Part shown: positions 48,531 through 61,904 of the stretch, in pieces
How the letters are laid out: every line of letters begins with the position of its first letter
Position numbering within the stretch: position 1 is the first letter of the stretch
Origin: Octopus sinensis
Lineage: Eukaryota
Length of the DNA: 64,000 nucleotides
Direction of reading: 5' to 3'
Assembly (NCBI RefSeq): GCF_006345805.1
Contig: NW_021833270.1
Location: forward strand, 1-64,000
Notes under the pieces: model-generated
Seen by the model: the letters and a program-made list of their open reading frames with translations, nothing else
The model's database searches: none
Told to the model about the DNA's origin: nothing
Translations under genes and position numbers: made by a program

Positions 48531-49140
48531 ATATATAAAGAATAAACAAAAACCAACATACCAAGCGAACAGCTATCGTATCCAGTGCAGCATGTAGGAA
48601 TGTTCATCCTTTACACATCTATGTAAATGGCAGGCTTTTTTGAATTGCATTTCGGTAACAACGTGCTTATTCGGAATACTCCGGTTAAGTTTACAATTTA
48701 AAAATAGGATAAACTTTTCATAAGAATTTATCAAGTAGTTAGCGTGAAAAACCTCATAAGAGAAAAAAACCCATCAATTTTTTCCTTTTAAATTTATTTA
48801 TTTATATTATATAGAGGGCACTATTACACATAGATGCCTCACACTAGGAGGGCCTCTTAAAGTCAAAACTACTAAAATAAATAAACACGTTGTACCGAAA
48901 CGATTCTCGAAGCAAGTTATTTAAAAACAGAATTTAGCCACGTATCACTCTGTGATTTCGTAATCAGCGCAATAATATGCGCTCTTTACTCACGCTAGGA
49001 GGGACTATTAAAGTCAAAACTACTAAAATAAATAAATCCCGCCATTTACATAGATGTGTAAGGGATGAACATTCCTACATGCTGCGCTGGATACGATAGC
49101 TGTTCGCTTGGTATGTTGTTTTTGTTTATTCATTATATAT
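48531..49140. mobile_element. MITE family F, ~103-bp TIRs, ~610 bp
   Basis: 48531-48634 versus the reverse complement of 49038-49140; internal 41-bp direct repeat at 48845 and 48996; TA-rich ends. Confidence 0.8.
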
Positions 49141-49424
49141 CTTGAATTATGCACACACGAAAGGAACAGGATTTATTAGGAAAGAAAAGAGTAAAGTACA
49201 GAGATTGAGGCGACAAAGTGAATGGCGAGCAGCAGCTGTAAGACGAACAAGGTGGACTTATGTCGAAGAAATCGTGTACGAGACGCAAAGACAACTAACT
49301 CTAAACCTCACCCAAACACACATACATACACATGGATACACACAAGCGCACGTATACAGCGCCCAACACACGGAGGTACACGCATACACACACCTTCATG
49401 AAAACACTACACACACACATGCAG

Positions 49425-49455
<31 letters not shown>

Positions 49456-50439
49456 GATAGATAGATAAGGAGAGAGAGAAAGAGATCCACACACACATGT
49501 ATGTTTGTGTGTGTGTGTATAACGAAAGATACGAGTTAGTTGTATTTGGACAGACTTTATTTTCCGAGTTCAATTTTCGTCTGAGTCGATTTCACTTCCA
49601 TACCCCTGGGTCCATATATTATACCTGCCAAATTTAAGACTCATTTACAATATTTCAATGTAAAAATCTCACGTAAAAATTCAAAAATATAAATCCCACT
49701 GTAAGGGAGGTAACTCTAACAATGAACGTTGGGGAAATGTGCCAAACACTTCAAATTACCTCCCTTAATCGACAAGAAACACAACTCTTGCCATTACTTT
49801 GAAATAGCAATTATTCAAATAAATCTCCCTTTAAAAACGATGGACATAATTATAAAATGCTCTATACCCAATTTTTATTGTGCCGTACGCCAACACAAAT
49901 ATTAAATGGGTATTAAAATGGGTTAACGATCTGCCCTTTTCTGATGGATACATTGAATCGTTTCCTTTCTACACAACAGAGCGTAATAGTATAGGTTGTT
50001 TTCCCTTTTTCCAATCGATGTCAATACGAAGCAGATAACATCGTTTCGAGATGTTTCCATCGGGATGACTACATTCACACAGCTTTCGCCAATTCTGGAG
50101 AAGTTGAGAGGAAGAACACGACGATGGAACACTAATGATACAACCGTCCTGTCCACGACCCTCTCGCTTTCTCACTTTCGACAACCTCACTTGATCTATT
50201 TAGTTACGGCTGCTAGAATAACAGGGAATAAGTAAGTCTAACTCTGTCTACCCATTTACAAGAAAATATAACTCTTGTTACCTCGTATGCTTTCCCACTG
50301 CTTTTATACATGCCTACCCATCAGGTTTTAGCTTTTATTATATGTAATGGAGAAATAAATGTTATCTACAACTTCAGCCACTCTTTCTTTCATGGAATCA
50401 ACATCAACATCTTCGCCTTCATCACAGACAGCAACCGTT

Positions 50440-51600
50440 ACATTCTGGTATCCACCCCGTTACACTGTTTTATCTGGAAACAGAGATCACCAGCTTTTAA
50501 AAATCTTGTTTGTGAAAGATTTAGATGTATCGCAATGTGCTTCACAAAAACTAGCCAGGTGGAGTTTGATCCCATCACAGTATGATTTCATTTTTAAGCA
50601 TGTTCCTAATAAAAGTATTCCACATGTCGATGTCCTCTATCGATTGCGGTATAATGAGAATAACAATGGTGACATAATTTTCTTGGTTTCGCATTTAGAC
50701 AAATGTGACAGTACATGGCAGAACATCGATCCTATAACGATGGAAGGCATGCGAAAACAACTAAATGCAACAAAATAAAGAAGAAATGGCAAAACAGGAG
50801 ATTGGTCTCAAATCTGGAATGTGCATTTGTTAAAGGGAAGGATTTCCTAACATGCGAGAATGGCTTAATATATCATAAAAATTGTCGGTTTATCCCAGCA
50901 CCTTACAGATCCACAGTATTAGCTAAAAATGCATGGCACAGACATGGGCATTCAACAAACAATTAAGAAGGCACGACTCTGTGTTTAGTGGCCTGGGTTG
51001 GCTTACTTGGTGGAGATCTTTGTCAAATCTGACAGTTACCCGAGAGCTAGGCCAAATTTAGCAAAGGCAAATGATTCAATGGCCTATTTCTTGGCCCTGG
51101 GAATGTGGGCATATGTTCCAAATATTGGTAACATAATTGTAGATGCCTATTCAAAATGGATCAAGACTTTGTTGTGTCCTAATCACTCAACTGAGGTGGT
51201 AAAAAGCAAGCTTTTGGAAGTTTTCACTTGTTTTGGCGTGCCCACTGCTTTAGTAATGTACAACAGACTTGAATTTGTTGCATTAAAGAATATATTGTAT
51301 TCAAAGCAGAAAGATAGACACTTGGTTACAGTCCAGCATCTAACAGCACAGCTAAAAGGGCCATGCAAACTGTGAAGGCTGCACTGAAGTATTTTGATCC
51401 AAAGGTAGGGAATTTGGACAAATACTTGAACAAAATTCTGTTCAACCATTGGAGTGCCTCAGGTAGTTGTAAATTATCACCAGCCAAAAAGCTAATAAAA
51501 AGACAATTGAGGGTTGCTACAAACCCATTCTTCAGAAAAGGTGAGGATGTGATACACAACACCATGTTTGACAAGGTTGCATCCAAGGCAAAATATGCGA
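50440..51600 (+). mobile_element. Gypsy pol relic (RNase H end + integrase)
   Basis: RDHQLLKIL..SQKLARWSLIPSQYDFIFKHVPNKSIPHVDVLYRL; IVDAYSKWI; FTCFGVPTALV; MQTVKAALK. Confidence 0.85.
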
Positions 51601-53332
51601 TACATACCAGAAAGAATACTGCATGGATTAAGGAGGGTCGCCTACTGCGGTTAGTGGCAGTTGAGCAACTAATACTGCTAAACACACAAGAACCAGAACT
51701 AGAATTAAGTACAACGCTTTGCACAACGGTTCACACTGAGTCTGCACGGATACCTAACAATGATGGTGTGATTATATCAAGTCCCTTGGCTAGGCATGAT
51801 ACCAATGCCGGAGTCATAGAAGAAATGAAGCAGCCTATCATTGACAATGCTAGCTGTTGAAGATCAATCATGAAAATTGCATCGAGCCCTGAACTGAGAT
51901 GTAGCACAATAATTGCAGCAAGATGTATAGTCCACACTGTGAAGTGGTTGGTGCTTAAAAAGGCCATCCAGCTGCAAAAACATTGCTAAAACTGATCTCA
52001 CCTGTGGTTGTGCCACATAAAAAGCACTAAGTCCATTCTGCTGAGCAGCTGGTGTTAGGAAGAGCATCCAGCTGTAAAAATCCTGTCAAAACAGTCATAG
52101 AAGTCTGGTGCAGGCTTCTGCCTGGCCGACTCCCGTCAAACTGCCCCACCCATGCTAGCGTGGAAGACAGACATTAAACAATGAGGGTGATTATTAAATA
52201 TTTTCATTTTTATTTAAGCAACCAAATTTCCGTCAACAAAAAGACTGTGTGTGTGAAGAAAGGATCACAAGACACCCTTCACATAGCAACCAAATCTCCC
52301 TCATAGCTCATAGTAAGCCCAATGATTGAAATAACATTAAATATCTTTAGTTTCTCACTAAAATTGTTGCTGCTTTACTGGCCTACTGGTGGAGATGTTT
52401 GGAAGTGAAGATTTCAAACCCCATCCAGGAATTACAAGGGGTCTTATTAAATATTTATTTTATCTAGTTTCAGCTCATGAGCTGTGGCCATGCTGGGGCA
52501 TCGCCATTTCGTTCTTTTTAAGCAAACAGGTTTCACTCAACAAAGAGATTGTGTGTGTGTATAAAGAAGAGGCCACAAGGCAGCCTTCCCATAGTAACCA
52601 AATCTCCTTCAAATCTTCACTGTAAACCCAATAACTGAAATGAATTTTAATATCTTAATTTTGTCATTAAAATTTTTGCTGCTTTCATGGTCTAATAGGT
52701 AAAGGTGTTTACCAGGAGTAACTAGAACACCCAAGCAGGGGATTAAAAATCTCTGCCAGGAATTACATGGGGTCTTATTCAATATTTTTTTTAAGCAACT
52801 AAATTTCCTTCAACAAAAAGAGTGTGTGTGAAGAAGGGGTCACAAGGCAGCCCTCCCATAATAACCAAATCTGATTCAACTCTTTATAGTAAGCCCAATA
52901 ATTTAAACATCTTAATTTTCTCATTAAGTTTGCTATTGCTTTGTGGGTCCAGTAGGGAAGGGTAACTGGAAGTGGAGGTTTCAAATCTCTGTTAGGAATT
53001 ACAAGGGGAGTCTTATTAAATACTTTTATTTAAACAACCAAATTTCCCTCAACTAAAAGATAGTATGTGAACAAGGGGCCACAAGGCAGTCTTCACAGAG
53101 TAATTAAATCTCCCTCATGTCTTTATAGTAAGCCCATTAATTGAAATAAATTTGAATATATTAATTTTTCCTTTGAAATTGTTAATATGTTGATGGCCCA
53201 GGAGGTATTAATTTTGAGATGCAGAAACAACATCCAAGTGAATGTTTCAAATCTCTGCCAGGAATAACAAGGGATCTGAAGTATTTTTATTTAAGCAACC
53301 AAATATCCCCCAACAAAAGATTATGTGGACAA

Positions 53333-53735
53333 GGCGCAGGAGTGGCTGTGTGGTAAGTAGCTATCTAACCAACCACATGGTTCTGGGTTCAGTCCCACTG
53401 CGTGGCATCTTGGGCAAGTGTCTTCTGCTATAGCCCCGGGCCGACCAATGCCTTGTGAGTGGATTTGGTAGACGGAAACTGAAAGAAGCCTGTCGTATAT
53501 ATATGTATGTATGTGTGTGTGTTTGTGTGTCTGTGTTTGTTCCCCTAGCATTGCTTGACAACCGATGCTAGTGTGTTTACGTCCGCGTCACTTAGCGGTT
53601 CGGCAAAAAGAGACCGATAAAATAAGTACTGGGCTTACAAAAAGAATAAGTCCCGGGGTCGAGTTGCTTGACTAAAAGGCGGTGCTCCAGCATGGCCGCA
53701 GTCAAATAACTGAAACAAGTAAAGGAGTAAAAGAG
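53333..53735 (+). mobile_element. SINE family A inserted in the satellite
   Basis: Near-consensus copy; the satellite resumes after it (gggtcacaagg). Confidence 0.9.
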
Positions 53736-54109
53736 TAAAGGGGTCACAAGGCAGCCTTGACATAGTAACCAAGTTTCTTTCAAATAATTACAGTAAGCCC
53801 AATAATTGAAATAAATCTTGATATCTTAATTTTCTCATTCATATTCTTGTTGCTTCAGAGGCCCAGTGGGTACGGGTGTTGAGGAGTAGTAATATAACAT
53901 AGAAGTGGAGGTTTCGAATCTCTTCTAGGAATTTCAAGAATTTTTTTTTTTTTAATGACTTCATTTTTATTTAAGCAACCAAGTTTCCATTAACAAAATG
54001 ATTGTGTGTGTGTGTGTGTAGAAGAGGTCGCAAGGCAGCCTTGACATAATAATCAAATCGCCTTCAAATCTTTATAGTAAACCTAATAATTGAAATAAAT
54101 TTCAATATT

Positions 54110-54319
54110 CTTTTATTCTTTTACTTGTTTCAGTCATTTGACTGCGGCCATGCTGGAGCACTGCTTTTAGTTGAGCAAATCGAACCCGGGACTTATTTTG
54201 TAAGCCCAGTACTTATTTTATCGGTCTCTTTTGCTGAACCGCTAAGTGACGGGGACGTAAACACACCAGCATCGGTTGTCAAGCAATGCTAGGGGGACAA
54301 ACACAGACATACAAACACG

Positions 54320-54395
<76 letters not shown>

Positions 54396-54552
54396 TACGA
54401 CAGGCTTCTTTCAGTTTCCGTCTACGAAATCCACTCACAAGGCATTGGTCGGCCCGGGGCTATAGCAGAAGACACTTGCCCAAGATGCCGCACAGTGGGA
54501 CTGAACCCGGAACCATGTGGTTGGTTAGCAAGCTACTTACCACACAGTCACT
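54110..54552 (-). mobile_element. SINE family A inserted in the satellite
   Basis: Near-consensus reverse copy. Confidence 0.9.
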
Positions 54553-54667
54553 CTTTCTCACTAAGGTGTTGTTGCTTTCGTGACCCAGTAGGTAAGGGTG
54601 ATCAGAAGTGGAGGCTTCAAATCTCTGCCAGGAATTACAAGAGGCCTTATTAAATACTTTTATTTAA

Positions 54668-57216
54668 CCCTTTCGTTACCATACTTCTAACCAAAATACA
54701 CCACTTATGTGTTTCAATTAATTTCTAACATAATCATGAATGTAGTCTGGTTTCATTAAACAACTCTAACATTTTTATTTATCAACATATTAACGTGATT
54801 TTTGGAAAAAAATTTAACAAAAGGTTCTCAACCAATTCTATTCCATAACTTTTGTCTCAAAGTGACTTTAATTACAGGTCAATATAGGTAAATTAAACAA
54901 AATATAAAATTGTTAAACTTTTTGTTCAAACATCGCTATAGAAAATGGTTTATTAGCTAATATTCAATTGGGTATACAACAAAATTTTACTATAGAAGAG
55001 TTGTGCACATTACTGGATTCATCAGGTAAATTTAAGTACACAAAAGACAGGTGTACCATAAAGATATAAATAAATTGAAAGACTGGAATTTATCTGTGAA
55101 GAAAACTAGAAAACAAAATACACACACACCATCAACTAGATTAAATAAGCTCTCCCACATGCATAGATATACAGAAATATACAATAATGATTTACAAAAG
55201 AAATTAATCAAAATTCATCACTCACCATGCAGGTAAATTAAAATTACACATAAAGAAAAATAAAAACAAAGTAAATTTGAAAATATTTATAAAATCAAAC
55301 AATATTCCTGTCATGAAAACCTGTAAAGCACCCTGTTCTACAGAATGCAACCTTGCAGAATGCACATTGGAGTGTTGTTTCAACAGCCCTTCCACTAGGA
55401 GCTTTCTCTTTTTTGATGAAGGCATTCGCGACACTGCTATTTGTGATACTTGATTTTTTTCTGATTTATGTAGATTGGTTGAATTCAGAAGGATATCCCT
55501 CTGGCAGGCTTTGTTTCTTCTCCCTACAGTTATTTTTTTCTTAGCAATAATCAGCTTTTAATTGTGTTGCTACACCTGCAGGGAACTGCAGATGGTCGCA
55601 TCGCTTTTGAGCCGGTCCCGATTTGGTATATAGTATAAACGCATTAGTAATACTCATATTTTCAATATACTAAACCAGGTATTGCCACCATTTATTTCCC
55701 GGTTTGCCAACTGGATAATAAGACATCATCTGATTCAGCAGATCTACACCATCCATGTAACTGTTATAATCGAGGTTCACAAATGTAGCCATGCACAGGT
55801 AGACAGAAAATTGACCTGACTTTTATCTCTGTATGTGGTTGCTAGCAAATTTCCTTTCTGCCGTTGAAATATTTCACCTTTTTTTTTTTAATTTGCCTTT
55901 TTTTTTATATCCAACGGCAGTCCTTTTCTACTAGCGATCACTGTTGCACATGTATGTGCTGCCACAGTATCTAAATTCTCCGCAAGTTTGACCGAACTGA
56001 AAAGTCCGTCAAAAAATAATATACAGCCCTGGTTATGGTATGAAAGTGATAAATTCCAGACCACATCGTACCCTAGGCCATGCTGACTAACATAATTGTC
56101 TCTTTTTCCACTATAAAATTCAAATCCCCAGCAGTAACCAGTATTTGATTCACAAATCTTCTAAACTTTGATCCCCCATTCTGTGGGCTTTCCTGGCATA
56201 TATTGTTGAAAACACACTCAGCCTTTATAGCCTAACATACCTTCATCGATAGATAAATATCTCCCTGGTTTATAAACAGTTTTATATGTGTTTTGAACAC
56301 AGTCAATGAGGGGTCTTATTTTAAATAATGGATCAAAGTCTGGTTCTTCATGTACTGGTGTACTGCTCATGTCTCTTACATGTAAATACTGAGTCAATTT
56401 CAAAAATCGTGTCCTCGACATCATATTTGAGACATATTTGTCTCTAAAGGGCTCATCACTACTCCAGTAATTTGTTATTCTGGGTAACTTTCTGATACCC
56501 ATAATAATATTTATGGCAAAATATGCCTGAATTTCATTTAAGCTTGTGGGAAACCACAAACTATCCTTTTTTTCGCTTTGTTTACTTTCAGCGTAACGGT
56601 TTGTTTCCACCGTAATTATTTCAAATAGGCTTATTGGAAAAATTAAAAAGAAATAGTCTAATGCTTTACTCTCCTGGGAAAGACTGTGACTTGGCACAGT
56701 TTCTTCAGAAAAATCACTGAAATAAACAGTTTTTAAATTTTCGCTTCATTCAGGTGCCAATTCATTTTCTTTATCGCTGTTGGAACTCTTGGATTCACTG
56801 CTTTCACTTTCGGAAAATGAAACATCAGATTCATTATCAAATACCACGTGCTTTTTTTTTCAGTCATAGAGTTAGATTTATCAAGGTCTTCAGTGGAAAA
56901 TCCTTCGAATTCTGACTCACTGCTTGACAAATCAATTTTTTGTCAGAATTATAAATTTTGAAAACACAACAGGAACAAATTTGGAAAAAAATCTCCCAAA
57001 ATTCACAGAATGAAAATTACAAATCGATCATTGCACAAAACTGTAGATGAACTGTTTACGAAGTATAATCAGGTGTTTTCATGAATGTACTAACGAGATT
57101 TGCTCTGATATTCTCATTTAAATATGAATAGGTGATTACAGCCGGTTTTGGGTGGCTTGGTCACATGAACCAAAATTTTTTTTCGGGTGGCTTTGGGCGG
57201 TTTGGTAACAAAAGGG
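54668..57216 (-). mobile_element. piggyBac transposon (2549 bp), decayed transposase at about 56930-55310
   Basis: TTAA at 54664-67 and 57217-20; 14-bp TIRs ccctttcgttacca / tggtaacaaaaggg (13/14 match). Protein fragments VETNRYA, YLSIDEGMLGYKG, YNSYMDGVD, and a Cys-rich C-terminus. Confidence 0.92.
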
Positions 57217-57826
57217 TTAATTTACCAGGAGTTACAGTGTGATGTGGCTTATCATCAAGAGGATTAATTGGATCATTCTTTTTTGATGCTACTGTGACTG
57301 GTCCCATTTAGTTGAACTTGCTGCAAATCTGTCATGCCAAGCATTAGAGAAGACTTTAAAGATGAGGAATTTTATTTTCAGCAATATGGGGCACCCCGCA
57401 CGCTACCGTTGCAATGTTAGATCTTTCCTTGATGAGATCCTGCCAAACAGGTGGATTGGATGTAGCGGTTTCATTGAATAACCTCCACATTCACCAGACC
57501 TCGCACCTCTAGACTTATTTTATGGGAGTACATAAAAGACAAAGTCTACTCTATGAAACCTGCAACAGTCGCTGATTTGAGAGCAGCCACTGAATGAGAA
57601 TGCATGCAAATACAAAACGAATTGTTTCGTGATGTTTGTGATTCCATTGCTTTGTGTTGTCACCAGTGCCTGGGCCAGAACAGATGTCAGTCTGAAAACA
57701 GGCATTGATAAAACAATTAAATAATGCCTGTAGAATCCAGTCAATTTTAAAAATGAAATGTATTTAAATAAACACCTACTTTACAATTATTTAAAGTGTG
57801 TGTACATTTTTGAGGACACCCTGTTA
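57217..57826 (+). mobile_element. 3' half of a Tc1/mariner-superfamily transposon with its right TIR
   Basis: [47 protein letters not shown]; TIR ttttgaggacaccctg-TA at about 57806-57826. Confidence 0.85.
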
Positions 57827-58516
57827 TATATATATATATATATATATATATGTTTGTGTGTGTGTGTGATCATCATCATCATATTCGTCATTTTACTGTC
57901 TGATTTTCATGCTGAAATGGGTTGGAAAAGTCATCACAATCCAAGCTATTTGTTATTAGAAGCTATTTCCCCCAAACACTAGGTGCTCATACACATCATA
58001 CAAGACTATGCAGATCTCACAACCCTATACTTTCTCTACTCATTTGCCAACCATTTCTCAGTGAATTTAGGGTGCATTTTATGTGGCAACAGCACTAAGA
58101 ATGTTGTTGTGGCCACCAGTCTCTCAAGAAGTGGCACAATTTGATGGCTTTGTATTATGGCACCAACACAGGAGGTGAGGTTGAAAGATTAATGTTAAAC
58201 ACAGCAAGGTTTAAGTTGAACATACAGTCTATCCTGAGAGCTTTTTGTTACTATTTCAAACCAACAAGGTGTAAGTTACACAAATGGCAAACTACAACAG
58301 TCTATTGTATGTTGACCAACCGACGATAGTACTACATTGGAAAATAAGAGAGAGAGAGGGGAAGAGGGAGTGTGGGTAGGGAAGGGTATGAAGGAAGACA
58401 TAAAACAGAGAGACAAACACGGAGACAGACACAGAGAAAGAAAATGAGACACACAAACAGAAAATGAGATAGAAGAACAGATAAGGAGACAGACAAGTAG
58501 ACAAAGAGACAAATAG

Positions 58517-58519
<3 letters not shown>

Positions 58520-58576
<57 letters not shown>

Positions 58577-58582
58577 GAGAGA
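58520..58582. repeat. (GA)n microsatellite
   Basis: Read directly. Confidence 0.9.
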
Positions 58583-58759
58583 CAAGGAGTCAGTTCTTTA
58601 ATGGTTCAACTTACTGATAATGGAAAGACTCCAACTTCAAGACTTCTTGCCAAGCCTGTTCATTGTTAGCAATGTGTATTTTGACAATATATTCCATATC
58701 TTTTGGTTTGATGTCATCTGCATGCCACTGCCATCCTGTTGGGAGGAATAAATAAAAAG

Positions 58760-58905
58760 ACACTGTCAATGTCGGCACATTGAAAAATAGATTTAGCTAG
58801 ATTGTTGAGCTGCTTGAATGGAGGCATGTTGATGTATGCTGCATTCAAGAGGCAAGGTGGAGAGGAGCTTCAGCCAGGTTCCTCACAGGCAAGGCACAGT
58901 TATAA
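58760..58905 (+). mobile_element. RTE endonuclease N-terminal fragment, duplicate of 60540-60687
   Basis: About 146 bp with only a few mismatches to the downstream copy. Confidence 0.8.
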
Positions 58906-59471
58906 AAAAGCAGGTGAGCAAAGAGGGAGACAAATAAGCAGACAGCTATAGAGACAAACAGATCATCAACATCATTGTAATGACCACTCCCCAATGCTTC
59001 AATGGCTCAAACAGATCTCCTTGAGGCAGATTTTTTTTATTGCTGGATGCATTCCCTGTCACTAAACCTTGCCTGTTTCAAAGCAAGGTAATATTTCCCT
59101 ATGAGTAAACATGCTTTTCTTAATGGAAGATTGGGAACAAACATTACGTGTGTGTGTGTGTGATCATCATTTAATGTTCATTTTCCCAAGATGGCATGGG
59201 TTGTATGGTTTAAGATGAAGAGGCAAGGCAGAGAGCTGTATCAGGCTCCACTTATCTGTTTTAGAACAGTTTCCACAGCTGGATGCCCTTCTTAATGCCA
59301 ACCACTTTACACAGTGTACTGGGTGATTTGTATGTGCTCCAGCACCAGTGATGTATATGTGGCACCAGCACAGATACTTTTTACACAAATACACACATGC
59401 ACGCACACACACACACACACACACACACAACACACACACACACACACACACAAACACAAACAGATATACAT

Positions 59472-59830
59472 ATACAAAGGTTGCACAAAATAAGGAACCA
59501 CTTCAAAATTCCAAACAAATTTATTTTAATATTGTTTTGGACCGCCTTTGGCAGTATTTACAGCTTGAATTCTACAAGGTATGGACTCTTACAAAGTTTG
59601 AATTGTTTCCATAGGAATGTTTGTCCATTCTTCAACTAAAACAGTCTCCAATTCTTGTAGTGATGATGGTGGAGGACATCGACTCCACTTCTGGCTGTGG
59701 TTCTTATAAAGAATCTTCAGCACGTCTTCTTAGATTTTCACGCCACTTCATTCATTGTTGTTTCGAGATGTGCATAGCTAAGCTAAGAATTTTTCTCTTG
59801 CTTTTTTAATTGCCTCATTCATTCATTCAC
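59472..59830 (-). mobile_element. Tc1 transposase C-terminal relic
   Basis: Minus strand PPSSLQELETVLVEEWTNIPMETIQTL*ESIPCRIQAVNTAKGGPKQY*, next to a TIR-like end at about 59472-59500. Confidence 0.7.
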
Positions 59831-60519
59831 TCTTCTAACCTGTAATACTAACATGTACTATCATAACCTGTAACTATTTAATTCTTCAAATAACCTTCAA
59901 CCCATAATTCCCTAAAATCTTAGTTCTCCATCACTGTTTCATAAAGTTTTCACCATTGTTCTCTAAAATCTGTATGCATTCTTTTTTTACTTATGTCTCC
60001 CTTCCCAGCGACAGTAAACTGAACATTGCTTGTCTTCAATGCACCCACCCATTCCCACCCCCACCACCTATACCGGAAATCTATTCTCAATACCGGAAAC
60101 CCCTACAGATCTCTGCCTCACTTCTGTACCAGAAGAATTGTATACCTTTGTCCCTCCTTCCCTACCACCAATAATTATCCACACAACTGCATTCACCAAA
60201 AGGTGATATGCTATTTAGAAAATCATTAGTAAATTAACAAATCACTTACCTCTTTCTCCTTATATATAATGGACTAAGCAATAGCAGATCATTTATATAA
60301 TTAATTAATTTACACATTGATTTATTTATATTTGCAGCAGTAATGCTTATATTTACAATGCTACTCACTACCAATTGGAACAACAATTTTAACGGGTTTG
60401 AATGATGATAGGTTAAAGCAAGACCAGCTGATGTGACATGTCTTTTATCAAACGATCACTGAAACCTTATTTTCAGGTGCCCAATACTATTCTCTCCTGT
60501 CCATGTTCCCTCTCACACC

Positions 60520-61420
60520 CCTTACCCAGTTTTCGTTGGCACTGTCAATGTCGGCACATTGAAAAATAGATTTAGCGAGATTGTTGAGCTGCTTGAATGG
60601 AGGCATGTTGATGTATGCTGCATCCAAGAGGCAAGGTGGAGAGGAGCTTCAGCCAGGTTCCTCACAGGCAAAGCACATAGGTATAAAATCTTCTTGGAAG
60701 GTAACAGTGATGGAGTAAGCAGTGTAAGCATACTTCTTGCATGGAATTGGGTGAATAAGGTCATATAGGTAGTCAGAGAGAGAGAGAGAGAGCAATAAAT
60801 TGATTAAGCTCAGGTTAATCTTGCAGAAAAGCATAGTGTCAGTTATCTTTGCCTACTCCCCACAAGTGGGCCTACCAAATGAACAGAAGGACCATTTTTA
60901 TGATATTCTCCAGCAGGCTACCTCTAAGATGAATGACAAGGATCTTATCTTCACTGCTGGGGACTTCAATGAGCATGTCAGATGGCAGCCCGGTATTTTC
61001 CATGGCGTACATGGAGACCATGGAATTGGCTCACAAAATAAAAAAAGAACAAGGCTACTGGAATTCTGTGATGCAAATAACCTATTGATCTGCAACAACA
61101 ATTTCAGGAAGCTGACCAGCCATCTGATAACCTATCAATCAGGTGGCTACGCTAACCAGGTCGATTACATTCTCACCAGGCAGTGGGATGCCTGGTTGCT
61201 CTTAAATACAAAGACCCCCCCCCCTCTGGTGAAGAATGTATCCCCCAGCATAGACTAGTCATTAGTTACTTTATACTTCTGGCCAGAAGGATGCCAAGAA
61301 GCAGACCAATCTGGAAAAGAAGGATTTGGAAGCTTTTTGGACCCTTCATATGGTCAGAGATTTAGGGACATTCTAATCGAGAAATTTGATGAGAGGTAGG
61401 AGGAATAACTGCTTAAAAGG
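60520..61420 (+). mobile_element. RTE LINE 5' coding part (AP endonuclease), decayed
   Basis: VDVCCIQEARWRG, SVIFAYSPQVGL, AGDFNEHV, RLLEFCDANNLLICNNNFRK, NQVDYILTR. Confidence 0.85.
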
Positions 61421-61422
61421 TA

Positions 61423-61747
61423 CTAGTGCATATACAGCTGCGTGCGTGCGCACATACACGCGAGTACTGTCCAAATCTCCGACCAATCACATACAGCTAG
61501 CTGGCATTCAATTAGAGTATCAAGTTTCGGGCATTTTGATTGGGTTTTGGATAGAAAATTCACAAAAAAGTCACTTCCATTGATTTTTCAATTGCTTTGC
61601 GGGGTGACTGGGGAAATGTAAAGATGTGCACGACCATCCTTGGACGGTTTCAAATGACCATAGAAAGTGCGAGCCCTTTAACTGAAAAATTGTGGATTTG
61701 TATAAAGGACACACACGCAGACATTTTGCCGTTTATATATATAGAGA
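61423..61747 (-). mobile_element. Helitron-like family H1 copy
   Basis: Homologous to 9280-9609; ends at the first CTAG and lacks the hairpin. Confidence 0.75.
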
Positions 61748-61904
61748 TATGATACATTTAATGCATAAGTCATTACAAAAGAAGAACAAGTCCATATTAA
61801 CCTATCAAAATTCGAATGGAAATTGGTTATGATATGCCGAATATTACAATGCCTCAGCGGGCTATTACCCCTAGATCACTACTTGATGTTGAATAATTTT
61901 GTTC

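Larger units (their letters stand above)
52200..54667 (+). repeat. Degenerate ~240-275-bp tandem satellite, ~6 units, interrupted by SINE A copies and ending at the piggyBac TTAA
   Basis: Anchor ttttatttaagcaaccaaat at about 52207, 52514, 52785, 53026, 53285, 53965 and 54658; gtaagcccaat and ccaggaattacaag motifs also recur. Confidence 0.8.

Noticed and set aside
52708-52719. 12-bp match tttaccaggagt between a satellite unit and the piggyBac right flank
   Set aside because: The right flank translates continuously as Tc1-type transposase; the short match is probably coincidental.
32990-60260. Minus-strand GTAAGT donor-like sites (about 33003, 33357, 60250)
   Set aside because: The hexamer is expected many times by chance in 64 kb, and I could not build a coherent exon chain.
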